Counted from the stretch's first letter, positions 43,744 to 54,108 are shown. The stretch: DNA of 64,000 bases from Planctomycetota bacterium (GCA_965223265.1 OZ244999.1:2592001-2656000), one strand, 5' to 3'. Notes: generated by a model not told the origin, from the letters alone. Program-made: numbers and translations.

Positions 43744-44106
43744 GTGGCACCCCGGCGCTCCCAAGCTCGACGCCAAATGGCCACACTCGAGGTGAGCGTC
43801 GCGGGAGAATCTCGGTTCCGACGTTCGTTGTCTTTCCGCATGCTCCCACGCATCGCTGACGGCTCTACGCAACTAGGGAAGAATGGGACACCGGACCGCG
43901 GTGGGCATGGCCTCTTCGGGCGCTTCGTAGGCGTCTGTCCTCGTGCGTAAGTTCAATGGATCGAGGAGTTTGGTCTTGAGAGTAGGTTTGGATCGATTCT
44001 TGCAGTCTGTATTTCTTACGGTAGCGGCGCGAGGCGTCGCTGGTCCGCACGAGTTGCATTGGATTCGAATGTTGGAGTTTCGGATCGGGATCACGGGGAA
44101 GAGAAG

Positions 44107-45612
44107 ATGAAAACGCAAGCCCGCCTTTTTGCAGTCGTTCTCAGTGGACTGTTCGCTTTGACGATCGGTACGCCGGCCAAGGCAGAGCTACGGTCGTCAG
44201 TGTCGCAGTGGGGAGTTACCTGGACGTTTGACAAGCCCTACGAGACAGGACAGTTCGTCAACGGTGACTGGTGGGTCCTCGGGCCGGCGACGATCGTCAA
44301 TGTCGATCCGGCGCCCGGTGAAGCCCCGGACGGCGAAACGATCAACACCGATCCAAATCAGTTCGGTGACGTAGCCCTGCAGGACGATCGCACCATGCGG
44401 AACGGATCGATGGTGATCGATCGATGGGGCTCGTTTCAAGGGTACGACTCTCGAGTGAAAAATTATGACGCCTCGCTCACTGTCCGGTTTCCCCATACCC
44501 TGGCGGTCAATCGTTCGTTGATTTCCACCGTGAGTCTCCTCTCGACGGTGGACAATCCGAATTTCGTTCAAGGACACTTCGAGGATTCTTGGTCGGTGCT
44601 TAAGACGGCTGCGGTGCTCACGTGCTTGGACGCCGCACCACCGTCCGACGCTTTCCGTCCACCATACTCGGGAACCGAGAAGCCGATCTATCGAGCGGGC
44701 GATCTGCGACGAGATCTCCTCCCGAAGCTGCCCGCCGTCGCAAATACGCCTGACTGGGATCTCTTCGGTCGCTACTTCGAGCGCGTGTGGATCGATCACT
44801 CCTATAGCTGGCTGCATTCGCGCGTCTGCCCGCTTGAGAACATGCCAGGCTATGGACGCGAGTATGCGCGGCTGACTTCCATGGGGAGCCTCATGCTGTG
44901 TCTGGACGTACCGGACGCGCAAAAAGAGAAACTCTTGATCGGCTTCGTGCAGTTAGGAATCGATTTGCACGGAATGCGTAAGAACGGCGGTTCATGGTAT
45001 GGTGGAGGCGGTGGTTACAATGGGCGCAAGTGGCCCGTCGTGTTTGCAGCTCTCCTCTTCGGTGACGATGCGATGCTCCCGGACGTCAAAAGCACGACGT
45101 CGGTTTTCTCCGAAGATCAACAGACCTACTTCGGCCAAGGATGGCACGGTGAGACGGCGCTGTTTCAGATGATCGATCATCACGGTCCGGTACCGCCCTA
45201 CGAAGAGAAAGATCCGAGCACCTGGTCCGATATCGACAAGCGATCGGAAAGCTACCGCAAGTGTTGTACCTCCAACGCCTTCATCGGCACGGCACTCGCA
45301 GCTCGTCTTCTTCGCGCCATGGAGGCGTGGAGTCACGACGCTTTCTTCGCTTACTGCGATCGGTGGATGGCTGACGATGACCAAGTCGGAGCGCTCAGCG
45401 GCGGTGTCGCGTGGGATCCGTTCGTCACGAACATGTGGAAGGCCCACCGCGCTCAGGCACCGGCTCAGAAGGGGGCACCTGCAAACTATAAGTGGGTCCA
45501 CGACGGTGGGGGCCAGTGGGTCCTGAATCCCAACCCGGATGCCTCCGATGATGATGTCGACTCCGTGCCACCGGCGCCGCCGCAGAACCTACGGGTCGTT
45601 GCCGACAGTTGA
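44107..45612 (+). CDS. Secreted hypothetical protein (possible alpha-toroid polysaccharide-lyase-like fold)
   Basis: Signal peptide ending AKA; SSVSQWGVTWTFDK..GQFVNGDWWV; FFAYCDRWM; C-terminal PPAPPQNLRVV. Confidence 0.7.
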   Translation: MKTQARLFAVVLSGLFALTIGTPAKAELRSSVSQWGVTWTFDKPYETGQFVNGDWWVLGPATIVNVDPAPGEAPDGETINTDPNQFGDVALQDDRTMRNGSMVIDRWGSFQGYDSRVKNYDASLTVRFPHTLAVNRSLISTVSLLSTVDNPNFVQGHFEDSWSVLKTAAVLTCLDAAPPSDAFRPPYSGTEKPIYRAGDLRRDLLPKLPAVANTPDWDLFGRYFERVWIDHSYSWLHSRVCPLENMPGYGREYARLTSMGSLMLCLDVPDAQKEKLLIGFVQLGIDLHGMRKNGGSWYGGGGGYNGRKWPVVFAALLFGDDAMLPDVKSTTSVFSEDQQTYFGQGWHGETALFQMIDHHGPVPPYEEKDPSTWSDIDKRSESYRKCCTSNAFIGTALAARLLRAMEAWSHDAFFAYCDRWMADDDQVGALSGGVAWDPFVTNMWKAHRAQAPAQKGAPANYKWVHDGGGQWVLNPNPDASDDDVDSVPPAPPQNLRVVADS

Positions 45613-45665
45613 TCGGCCAGTCATCGGTTGCTCGCATGTGCTAGCGAAGCGCGACGATCGCGGCT

Positions 45666-46955
45666 TCACTCGCAGTGCGACGTGGCTTCATCGCATCCGA
45701 GGCTTCGATCGTCCGACGACTGCATGAGCGTGCAAACTGCGAACGGTTCGGCGGGCTGGGGTCCACCCAGGAAGCTGTACTGTAGCATGTAGATCGCGTC
45801 GGTTACGGATCCCAGGACTATGCCGTCGCCATTGGCATCGCACGCTGCCAAACAGGACGGCGTCACCCGCCCGTCGAAGTTGTGGATGAGTAAAAAGATC
45901 GCGTCGCTTAGGTCGCCGTCTTCGCCGTCGCCATTGCAGTCGCCACGGTCGAACAGGGATCCAGCTGGCACCCACAGGGCTTCCCAGAGATCATAGCCGT
46001 GGTGCGTATTCCCGCCAGGGTGCGATTCGGATGCGAAGTAGAGCTTTGACCTCAGCGCCGGCCAGTCAGGTGCGATGTTCGGAAAATTCTCAATTTGCAC
46101 CGTACCCGTGTTGATCGGTGGTCCTGGGTTGAAGACGAAGTCGAATTCTGTCGTCGGGTCGCTACGCGCTGCAATCCACATGTCACTCGGGCCCACGCTT
46201 CCGGGCCGCGCTGTGAGGTAGTCGCTGAAGAAAAGTGTCGTGCCATCCGCGGAAATGCTCGGGAACGCGTCATCGGCAGAGCTGTTGACTACAGCTCCAA
46301 GGTTGACAGGATTCTCGAAGGCCACGGCGACGCCGTCATCGTCCACTTTTCGATCGCGCGTCGCTACGAAGATATCGAGCCCGCCCAATCCGCCCGGGCG
46401 GTCGGAAGCGAAGTAAATCGACAACTCGTCGCTCGATATGCTGACGCCGTGCTCGTTGAACTCCGAGTTGATCTCAGAGCCAAGGTTTGACACGTTCCCA
46501 AAAGGAACCACAGCGCCGTCAGTATCCGTCACCTGATCTCGCGTGGCGACGTAGAGATCGAGCGCCCCGTTTCCTCCAGGACGGTCAGAGGCGAAGTAGA
46601 TTGACAGACCATCGAGAGAAACGCTTGGCGTTGTCTCCGCAAACTCGGTGTTGACGCCGTCCCCCAAGTTGGCGGGGCTACCGAACGATGCGGAGGTTGT
46701 CAGTCGCGTCGCTCTCCAGAGATCGAAATCTCCGGTGCCGCCGACTCGATTCGAAATGAAATACATGGTCAGCCCATCCGGCGTGACACTTGGAAACGTT
46801 TCATCCGATGACGTGTTGATCGCAGAGCCAAGATTCCTGACGCTCAGGAAGAACCCACCATCGAGAGCCCGCAGCATCCTATTGTGTGATGGAAATAAGA
46901 CGAAGAGCGAAAGTGTCAGCAGCACAGCAGCGATTCTGTCGTGGTTCTTCAGCAT
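45666..46955 (-). CDS. Secreted PD40/TolB-like beta-propeller protein with dockerin-like C-terminus
   Basis: Repeats NLG..INT..E..PSVS.DGLSIYFASDRPGG.G.LDLY; FDRGDCNGDG..DLSDAIFLL...ACDANGDG...DAIYMLQYSFLGG; GGGAGG RBS. Confidence 0.85.
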   Translation of the reverse strand: MLKNHDRIAAVLLTLSLFVLFPSHNRMLRALDGGFFLSVRNLGSAINTSSDETFPSVTPDGLTMYFISNRVGGTGDFDLWRATRLTTSASFGSPANLGDGVNTEFAETTPSVSLDGLSIYFASDRPGGNGALDLYVATRDQVTDTDGAVVPFGNVSNLGSEINSEFNEHGVSISSDELSIYFASDRPGGLGGLDIFVATRDRKVDDDGVAVAFENPVNLGAVVNSSADDAFPSISADGTTLFFSDYLTARPGSVGPSDMWIAARSDPTTEFDFVFNPGPPINTGTVQIENFPNIAPDWPALRSKLYFASESHPGGNTHHGYDLWEALWVPAGSLFDRGDCNGDGEDGDLSDAIFLLIHNFDGRVTPSCLAACDANGDGIVLGSVTDAIYMLQYSFLGGPQPAEPFAVCTLMQSSDDRSLGCDEATSHCE

Positions 46956-47168
46956 CCTTAGCCCTCCCGTTAGTTCATCCAGCAGCGACACCGTGAACTG
47001 AACTACTTCAAGGTTAATCGAGTTCGATGGCCGAACCAAGAGAAGAGTCTCGCTTTACACGCCCCTGGGAGCTGCGGTTGTGGGTCAAGTTGGGAAGAGG
47101 TTCGGCCGATTCCTGAAGCGGTGGCGTCAAGCGGTGCCTTCCGATATCTCGAAGCCCACGTACCCGAC

Positions 47169-47573
47169 ATGCGAACCCAGGCTTTCACACTGATTGAGCT
47201 CATGATCGTCGTGGCGATCATTGCGATCATCACTGCCATCGCGATCCCGAGCCTGACGAATGCCCGCAAGGCGGCAAACGAGGCGCGAGCCATCAGCACT
47301 CTGCGGACGCTTTCCACTGTTCAAGAGCAGTACAAGACGCGCTTCGGAGGTTATGCTTCAAGTCCCGATGATCTTCAAGACACAGGGTACGTTGACATCA
47401 TCTTCGATGAATACGCTCTGCTCAGCTATACGTTTTCTCGGCACACATGGTCCTTGAGCGCCGGACCAACAACTCCTTCCGATGGGGACAGATTCTTTTT
47501 CGTCGACCAATCGGGAGTCATACGCTTCAGCGGCTCCGGGCCGGCGACCAGCAGCAGTCAACCAGTGGATTGA
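47169..47573 (+). CDS. Type IV pilin-like / pseudopilin protein
   Basis: Prepilin motif QA|FTLIELMIVVAIIAIITAIAIPSL; ANEARAISTLRTL; C-terminal FFVDQSGVIRF. Confidence 0.88.
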   Translation: MRTQAFTLIELMIVVAIIAIITAIAIPSLTNARKAANEARAISTLRTLSTVQEQYKTRFGGYASSPDDLQDTGYVDIIFDEYALLSYTFSRHTWSLSAGPTTPSDGDRFFFVDQSGVIRFSGSGPATSSSQPVD

Positions 47574-47575
47574 CG

Positions 47576-47796
47576 TTCACAGCCCGCCTGAAAAAGTCAT
47601 TCGGCTGAGAAACCGGCCTCTTCACGCCCAGATCAGCCGCGCGAGCCTCGCCGTCTATATCCTCTGGAAGAGGGCTCGGAGATTACCTTCCTGGCGTTCC
47701 CAGGCTCGAAGCGAAAGGACCAAACTCGAGTTAACAGCCTGCCTGAAAAAGTGCTTCGAGCTGAAAGCTGGTCGCTTCGCGTCCAGATCAGCCGCG
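47576..47796. mobile_element. MITE-like element, locus 3: two rearranged partial copies
   Basis: A left-end fragment CAGCCCGCCTGAAAAAGTCATTCGGCTGAGAAACCGGCCTCTTCACGCCCAG (47576-47631), then an inverted right-end fragment TTAACAGCCTGCCTGAAAAAGTGCTTCGAGCTG...CGTCCAGATCAGCCGCG (47731-47796). Confidence 0.78.
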
Positions 47797-47899
47797 ACGA
47801 AGCGTCGAGGCCAAGGAGCGACTCGGGCGCGATCTCGCTCGGGTCGTGGCGGAGGACGGGCGCAGGCATCGGCGCTCCTGGCGTTCCCCGAAGGGCCTT

Positions 47900-49414
47900 T
47901 CAGCCCAGCACCTCGCGGCGTACGCGAGCCTCGGCACCGGCGATCGGTACTGGCTGTCCGTCGCGCTTTTTGATCGTCAGGCTGGGGTCGATGCCGAGCA
48001 AATAGAAAGTCGTCGCTAGCAGGTCCTTTGGCGATACGGGTGTCTCATGGACTTCACCGCCGAGGCGATCACTCGACCCCACAACGCGGCCGCGTGCCGC
48101 GCCACCGCCCGCCAGCGCCACCGAGTAGACCTGTGACCAATGGTCGCGTCCGCCACCTTTGCGATCTTTGAGCTGCGGCGTGCGACCGTGCTCGCTGAGC
48201 CAGAGCACGAGGGTTTCGTCGAGGAGTCCGCGGCTGTCGAGATCTTCGATCAAGGCTGAGTAGGCAAGATCGAACCCAGGCAGGAGACATTTTCGAAGTC
48301 GCGGGTAGTGATACTGGTGTGTGTCCCAAGCGCCGTTGGCGAACTCGCCGTAGGTGTCCCAGAACACGGTTACGAACCTGCAGCCCGCTTCCACGAGACG
48401 CCGCGCGGCGAGGCAACCCTGCCCAAAGAGGGTCATGCCATACCGTTCGCGCAGTCCCACGGTTTCGCGGCCGATGTCGAGTGCCTCACGCACGGTCGGA
48501 GAGGTGAGCAATGACATCGCCTGGGATTCGAATTTGTCGAATGCGCGTGCGGCTTGTGGTTCCAAGTACGGACGCGTTCTATCGAACTGCGACAAAAGGA
48601 GTCTCCTCGCATCGAAGCGAGCGCGTGGTATTTCCTTGAGCAGCTGTGCGTCTGGCGCGAGTCGAAAACGGCTTTCTCGCCGAATCCCCATGTGGGGGTC
48701 GTAGTACTCCATGCGCTGGGTGAGTGTGTTTCGGGGCGCGATCTTGGTGCCTCGATCGACGAAGTCAGTCCAGACGGGGTCGTAGGCCTGGCCCAAGAAC
48801 GCAGCATACGGACCTGCCATGGGAGCGAAATCGGTCTTCGATGTCATGCGCCAAGGAAGGCCGACGTTTCGCGGCAAGTTCGGCGCGACCACTCCCGAGC
48901 GCCTTTCGTCGACGTAATCAACGATCGAACCGATGAACGGCCAGTGTCTGGCATCGCGAGGCACGAGCTCTAGGTCTGGAGTGTAGGTGGGAATACCGCT
49001 GAGCGCGTAGGCTACGCCGTGAAGCGGGTAAGGATGCGTCACCGATCGGACGACGGTGACGCGATCCATGACCTTGGCGACTCGTTGGAGCTCGTCGCAT
49101 ACTTGGAGGCCTGGAACCGCCGTATCGATCGCGCCCATCTCGCCTCGAATTTCCCGCGGCGCCTCGGGCTTCGGATCGAAGGTCTCATGCTGTGGAGGTG
49201 ACCCGTAGGGAAAAAGCAAGATGCAGGATTTCGCTCTGCCGAAGTGCGCGTCCCGCGTCTTTGGCGAATCTCTCTCTGTCGACGCATCAGCTCGCTGCAG
49301 GCAGAGAGCGTCAGCAAGCCCGATTCCGAATGCCGACAAACCGCCGGCGTGGAGGAAGTCGCGGCGTGTACCGCCATCACAGAGAGTCTTCGCCGAACCG
49401 TTCAGCCGTAGCAT
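47900..49414 (-). CDS. DUF1501 family protein
   Basis: TRRDFLHAGGL; GRAKSCILLF..GSPPQHETFDPKP; WDTH; LSEHGRTP; GRDHW. Confidence 0.9.
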   Translation of the reverse strand: MLRLNGSAKTLCDGGTRRDFLHAGGLSAFGIGLADALCLQRADASTERDSPKTRDAHFGRAKSCILLFPYGSPPQHETFDPKPEAPREIRGEMGAIDTAVPGLQVCDELQRVAKVMDRVTVVRSVTHPYPLHGVAYALSGIPTYTPDLELVPRDARHWPFIGSIVDYVDERRSGVVAPNLPRNVGLPWRMTSKTDFAPMAGPYAAFLGQAYDPVWTDFVDRGTKIAPRNTLTQRMEYYDPHMGIRRESRFRLAPDAQLLKEIPRARFDARRLLLSQFDRTRPYLEPQAARAFDKFESQAMSLLTSPTVREALDIGRETVGLRERYGMTLFGQGCLAARRLVEAGCRFVTVFWDTYGEFANGAWDTHQYHYPRLRKCLLPGFDLAYSALIEDLDSRGLLDETLVLWLSEHGRTPQLKDRKGGGRDHWSQVYSVALAGGGAARGRVVGSSDRLGGEVHETPVSPKDLLATTFYLLGIDPSLTIKKRDGQPVPIAGAEARVRREVLG

Positions 49415-49672
49415 CTCGAGTTCTCAGCTCCTCAGGAACCATACACCTTCAGCATAACCGAAGAAGGGCGCAACTGGTAGCAGAGCTGTCGGGGCCGGTC
49501 CACGGTCTTCTGAGAAGAGGTCTTCGCCGGTGTGAGGCGGTTGCCACAACTCGCCGCAATCAATTCCTTCACCGGCAGGGATCCAGGTTTTCCGCTCGCG
49601 ACCGCTGGCGACTTTTCGGAGGATGTCTTCTGCGAGCGGTCGTTAGAGTTCTATGTTGCCGTCCGCGCTGAT

Positions 49673-49839
49673 TTAGCAGTCAGTTTGAAAGAAGTTCTGC
49701 GAGTCGAAAACTGGTTTTCTTCGAGTCCAGATCGGTTGCGGCGATGTTATACGATCGCCGTGATTCTGAGTCGCGACGCGAGTTGAGTGTGAAGAGGCCG
49801 ATGGATTCATCGGCTGCATGACTTTGAGCGGGCTGTTGG
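49673..49839 (-). mobile_element. MITE-like element, copy 4 (full length, heavily decayed, opposite orientation)
   Basis: TAGCAGTCAGTTTGAAAGAAG..CGAAAACTGGTTTTCTTCGAGTCCAGATCGGTTGCGGC ... GTGAAGAGGCC ... ATGACTTTGAGCGGGCTGTTG aligns by eye to the reverse complement of copy 2. Confidence 0.7.
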
Positions 49840-49889
49840 ATGCCCGACCTCAATCCAATCACTGCGAAGTCAAACTGCCGGGAGAAATC

Positions 49890-51239
49890 ATGTCCAAGAC
49901 AAGTCGACGGGATGTACTGCGAGCAGGGGCTGCGGCGATCGCTGGGGCGGCCGCCGGAGGTGGTGCGAACGTGCCAAAAGCGGAGGCGCATGCTCCCTTG
50001 ACGCCGAGCAGTCCGTGGGACTCGGAGTACAATTTTGGCCACACGCAGCTCTTCATGGAGGAGTACCTGCAGGGGACTCTCGAGATCCTCGGTCGGCAGA
50101 GCGGCGAGCTTGATCAGATTGGCGAGCTGACAACACGCGCTGCCCGCGCCATCCGCGGTGGTCATACCGTCTGGACGTACATGACGCTGGGGCACTTTCC
50201 TCACTACGAGCAAAAAGCCACGCGGCGCGGCAGCCCTCAGGTGATGCAGGACACGAACAAGTTCGATCACCTGAAGAAGGGCGACATGATTTTCACTGAC
50301 CGCTGCAATCGGGACGTGCTGGACGCCCGTGAGCGTGGGGTCTACGTCGTTTGCGTGACCTCAAATTACCAGGACAACGAGTTTCGCCCGGCTGGCTTCA
50401 CCGACATCAGTCATGCCAATCCCGATGGGCTCATGCTCAAAGATGTCTCGAATGAGATTCTGCACAGTCACACTCCGTACACCCAGGGGCTGGTCCACGC
50501 GCCTGAGATACCGGAGTTCGCCATCTGCCCATCGAGCGGCACGGGAAGCGGTTCGATTCATTGGCTTCTGAATGCCGAGCTGGCGAATAAGCTGGCCGAC
50601 CGCAGCGCACCCGCTGTGCTGAAGAGCGCAGAATACCTACGGATTCTCACGGCGCGTGTCGAGCAGCTTCGCAGCCAGATGGGTGCGATACGCCAAGCCG
50701 CAGTCACGATGGCGCGACGCGTTCGTGCCGGCGGGCGATGGTTCGCGCACAGCGAAGAACATCCAGGGTTCAAGTCGGAGTTTCACGTCGCTTCCGGCGT
50801 GCGAATGGTGAACTGGGGTGACTGGGACGCTGCCACGGAACGAAACGTCTTTCTCGTCAACTCGATTTCTCCTGCGTACGAGACAGAAGTGCGGCTGGCA
50901 CGTGAGAAACAAATCGAAGGCGCTTTCGTTGTAGGCATTGGACCGAGTTCGACCGACGGTTCTGTGCCGCATGGTCGGTTGATCGACATTGCCGATGCAG
51001 GATTCGACAACCTCTCACCTGAGTCGGGGGGAGTCATCAGCATCCGTGGGCGCGAGGATTCAATCTGTCCGACGTCGGGAATTGTGGGTAACGTCATCCA
51101 GCAGATGGTCGTTGCGCAGTGGGCTGACGAGATGGTGCGGCGCGGCTCCGTGCCCTACTTTCTGATGGGTATTTATCAAAAGGGCGGACGCGAGTACAAC
51201 TCGGCGATGACGATCGTGTTCGAGCGACAAGGATTCTGA
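49890..51239 (+). CDS. Tat-exported protein with two tandem SIS (sugar-isomerase)-like domains
   Basis: SRRDVL Tat signal; duplicated motifs GVYVVCVTS / GAFVVGIGP and GLVHAPEIPEFAICPSSG / GVISIRGREDSICPTSG; GGAG RBS. Confidence 0.6.
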   Translation: MSKTSRRDVLRAGAAAIAGAAAGGGANVPKAEAHAPLTPSSPWDSEYNFGHTQLFMEEYLQGTLEILGRQSGELDQIGELTTRAARAIRGGHTVWTYMTLGHFPHYEQKATRRGSPQVMQDTNKFDHLKKGDMIFTDRCNRDVLDARERGVYVVCVTSNYQDNEFRPAGFTDISHANPDGLMLKDVSNEILHSHTPYTQGLVHAPEIPEFAICPSSGTGSGSIHWLLNAELANKLADRSAPAVLKSAEYLRILTARVEQLRSQMGAIRQAAVTMARRVRAGGRWFAHSEEHPGFKSEFHVASGVRMVNWGDWDAATERNVFLVNSISPAYETEVRLAREKQIEGAFVVGIGPSSTDGSVPHGRLIDIADAGFDNLSPESGGVISIRGREDSICPTSGIVGNVIQQMVVAQWADEMVRRGSVPYFLMGIYQKGGREYNSAMTIVFERQGF

Positions 51240-51314
51240 GGCGTCGCCACTCCTTCGCTGAAGAGTGGCCGGACAACACCGCAGCTGCGCACGGAGACCG
51301 TCGAACGTAGAGGT

Positions 51315-53642
51315 TCAACGGTTAGGCTGTCGCACTTTCTCGAAGTAGTAGAAGAATCGCGGCATCGAACGGCTCATCATGCCCATACTCTTGAAGTTTC
51401 GCCCCTCACCGTGTTTGTCGAGATCGGCGCACGAGCGACTGTAGAGTTTCAGGGTGTCATCGACGATCGAGCGATAGCGTTCGTCGTCGCGTCGACCCAG
51501 GTATTCGGCGTAGATCATTCCAGGCAGGACCATGGGGATCGTGCGCCCGTCGTTGTATGAATCCCAGTACCTATCCCACTGTTTGTAGCGGATGTTTTTG
51601 ACCGTGGGATTCCACATCTCGTCGGAGAGCCAGCGGCTGGCTCCCACCAGGCTTTTTGCGACTCTTTCGTCCCCAGTCTTTTCATGATAGCGCAGCAATG
51701 CCTCAGTGAGGACGCCTAGCATGAAGCACGAGCCGCCGGTATCGAAGTCTGGATGGGGCAGATCCCTTGGCCAGTGACCACGTTTTGGATGCTGAGAAGC
51801 GACGATGCCGTCGACGAACTCTTTCACTGCGTGGGAGTACTCGGCGTCACCTGTGACCTCTTCTAGGAACATCAGCGACAACAAGGTCCAGCCGAGGTTT
51901 CGCTCCGACATCGGAATCGTGTGTGGTTTGGCCTTGAGGCGAGGTGTCATCTCTGCCACATAGGCAAGAAGGGGGACGCCCACAGAACGAGCCACCTCGA
52001 GGCTGCGGCGGTCGCCGGTGAGAAGGAATTGAAGCAGCATTCCTTCGGTCCACTGATGGGCGGTGTCGTAACCGGTGCCACCGGCGACGTGATGGTCGGT
52101 GTGTCGGATCGACTTTCCTGTCATGTCGCCGTGGTGGAGTGTGTCGATGTCGCGAAAGTGTTTGGCGAAAGCGACGCCTTCCTCAAAGAAACGGTGATCC
52201 CCTGTGCGCAGATAGTGGAAGAGCATGGCGAACGAAATGCCGAACTCGTTGTTGCGTCGAAAGGCATTGTCTGCTGACCCTTTGCCGTCGCCGAAGTCCC
52301 AGAAGCCAAACTCGTTGACGTCGAATTTTCGCTTCTGGAGAAAGGACATGTGTTCCGCAACGTGGCCATGGTACGTGCCATGGGCGAGATTGAAGTCATC
52401 GAGGGTGTAGTTTCCGAGGACGCCGCTGGAGCGATACCACTGCGGAGATGCGAAGGCGTGAAGATCCGTTAGGGCAAGAGACTCGGCGCTGGCGCGCTTT
52501 TCCTTCGCGTCGCCGACGACGATCGTGAACTCGCCACGCGTCGCCCGGCCGGCGCGATGGAGCGGTGAAGGCGACTCGTTGGTGACGGGATAGAACCACA
52601 GATGAACTTCATCTTTAGTGAACGCGAGTTCCGAAGGGTAGCGCTGCCAGAATTCACTGAGCGCGATCCCGAGGCGTTCTCTTTCGCCATGTAGCCAGGC
52701 GCCACCGTGATAGCGAGCTTGACGCGGAGAGTTGTCGAAAGACGCGCCGAAAAAGCGCGCCGAATCAGCAGTGAGTTGGCGCACGCCCACGCGCGAGGTC
52801 GGCGAAGCGGGGTTCGTCGCAGCGGTGAGCGGAATCGTAGCGTCACCGATTTCGACCGACGTGAAGCGCTCGGCTATGGACAGCTTCACTCCAAGACCGT
52901 GGAAATCGTTCAGGCCGTGGTGGACTACGGTGTAGTCCGTAGCGATGTGCCCCGACGCTGAAATTGTCACGCGTGAGATGAAGTCGAATGAGCTTTCTGG
53001 GGTTGCCAGCACGGTGCCGTGGGACCTGATGACTGTGCGCAGTGCTCCATGTTCCTCGGTCTGGATCTCGCGGAGGTGGACGCTGTCAAGTTCGATCGGG
53101 CGGCCGTGAAGAATGAGTCGACCACGCCCGCAAAGCCCTTCGGCGACGGGCGTGTTTTCACGGTGGATCGAGTGGACGAGACCGAACACGTTCGTCTCCA
53201 CGGTCAGATGCGGGAATTCGACACGCACACCATTGTCGAGGCGCGTGATCTTAGGGGGCGGAGCTTCGGAATCTGACTTGCCGTTGGTCAGTATGAACTC
53301 GTGGATGCCACGAGCCGCCAGCTCCGGCACCACTACGGTGATCAAGCCCCATTTGATCGAACCGTCGTCCCAGTGCGACAAGGCGTCGAATTGACTGGCG
53401 ATGGTCTCTCCTGAAGACCGTCGAGCCGTCACCGCGCCACCGCCTTCCAGGGTGCCGCGAGGAAACGGCAGACCGGACGAGACCACTACATTCGTCCGTT
53501 CCACACCGCGCGGCTCGCGGATGGCCACGGTGACGAGGGGTGAGGAGGAGGTCTTTTTCTCGCTGCCCAGCAGCGTGAGTGGAAAGAATGCTTTGAGAGA
53601 GAACGTGACGAACAGGAGAGCAATCTCAAACGCGCTGCGCAT
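51315..53642 (-). CDS. Secreted YetA/PcRGLX-like (exo-rhamnogalacturonan lyase-like) protein
   Basis: VSSGLPFPRG...HWDDGSIKW N-domain; EEHGALRTVIR; EFWQRYP; FGFWDFGD...NNEF; HFRDID; HQWTEG alpha-toroid motifs. Confidence 0.75.
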   Translation of the reverse strand: MRSAFEIALLFVTFSLKAFFPLTLLGSEKKTSSSPLVTVAIREPRGVERTNVVVSSGLPFPRGTLEGGGAVTARRSSGETIASQFDALSHWDDGSIKWGLITVVVPELAARGIHEFILTNGKSDSEAPPPKITRLDNGVRVEFPHLTVETNVFGLVHSIHRENTPVAEGLCGRGRLILHGRPIELDSVHLREIQTEEHGALRTVIRSHGTVLATPESSFDFISRVTISASGHIATDYTVVHHGLNDFHGLGVKLSIAERFTSVEIGDATIPLTAATNPASPTSRVGVRQLTADSARFFGASFDNSPRQARYHGGAWLHGERERLGIALSEFWQRYPSELAFTKDEVHLWFYPVTNESPSPLHRAGRATRGEFTIVVGDAKEKRASAESLALTDLHAFASPQWYRSSGVLGNYTLDDFNLAHGTYHGHVAEHMSFLQKRKFDVNEFGFWDFGDGKGSADNAFRRNNEFGISFAMLFHYLRTGDHRFFEEGVAFAKHFRDIDTLHHGDMTGKSIRHTDHHVAGGTGYDTAHQWTEGMLLQFLLTGDRRSLEVARSVGVPLLAYVAEMTPRLKAKPHTIPMSERNLGWTLLSLMFLEEVTGDAEYSHAVKEFVDGIVASQHPKRGHWPRDLPHPDFDTGGSCFMLGVLTEALLRYHEKTGDERVAKSLVGASRWLSDEMWNPTVKNIRYKQWDRYWDSYNDGRTIPMVLPGMIYAEYLGRRDDERYRSIVDDTLKLYSRSCADLDKHGEGRNFKSMGMMSRSMPRFFYYFEKVRQPNR

Positions 53643-54009
53643 CGTTCCATCCTGTAGCTATGTTGTCTCGTGCAATCGTTTCGATACGTCGGTAGAAGAA
53701 CACTATACATCTGTTGTCGGATTTGCGGAATACGGCAGCACCGGGGTGGATCCAGAGGGTTTTCGCGGCGGTCGGGAAGAGTTGTAGGCAATGCGGGCAT
53801 CGCGGTTGTCGTTTGCGGCCTGTCGTGACGTTTTTCCTGTGTGTCACCGTCGACAAACAAACACATACACCGTGAAGTGCGCTGCGCGTCAGAGCTCTTC
53901 GAAAGCCCCAGCAAGTTGCGTTGAAATCACATGAATCAGTTGAAGGCTGCCCTTGGCATGCTCGTCCGTCCCCGGGCAACACTCGCCCTTCTGCCTTCGG
54001 ACCACTTCT

Positions 54010-54075
54010 ATGTTTTGTGAAGAAGAGTGGGAGGAAATCGACGAAGAAGAATGGGAGGAGGTCGACGAAGACTGA
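54010..54075 (+). CDS. Candidate micro-ORF MFCEEEWEEIDEEEWEEVDED
   Basis: 24-bp tandem duplication whose differences are two synonymous changes and one I/V change; ends in TGA; no clear RBS. Confidence 0.35.
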   Translation: MFCEEEWEEIDEEEWEEVDED

Positions 54076-54108
54076 ATCCTGCTGGCATCGACGATTCTCT
54101 GATGCTCT

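Noticed and set aside
47169-47573. Ala instead of Gly at the prepilin -1 position, and an orphan pilin
   Set aside because: A|F cleavage sites and scattered pilin-like genes are common in Planctomycetota, so this is not unusual.
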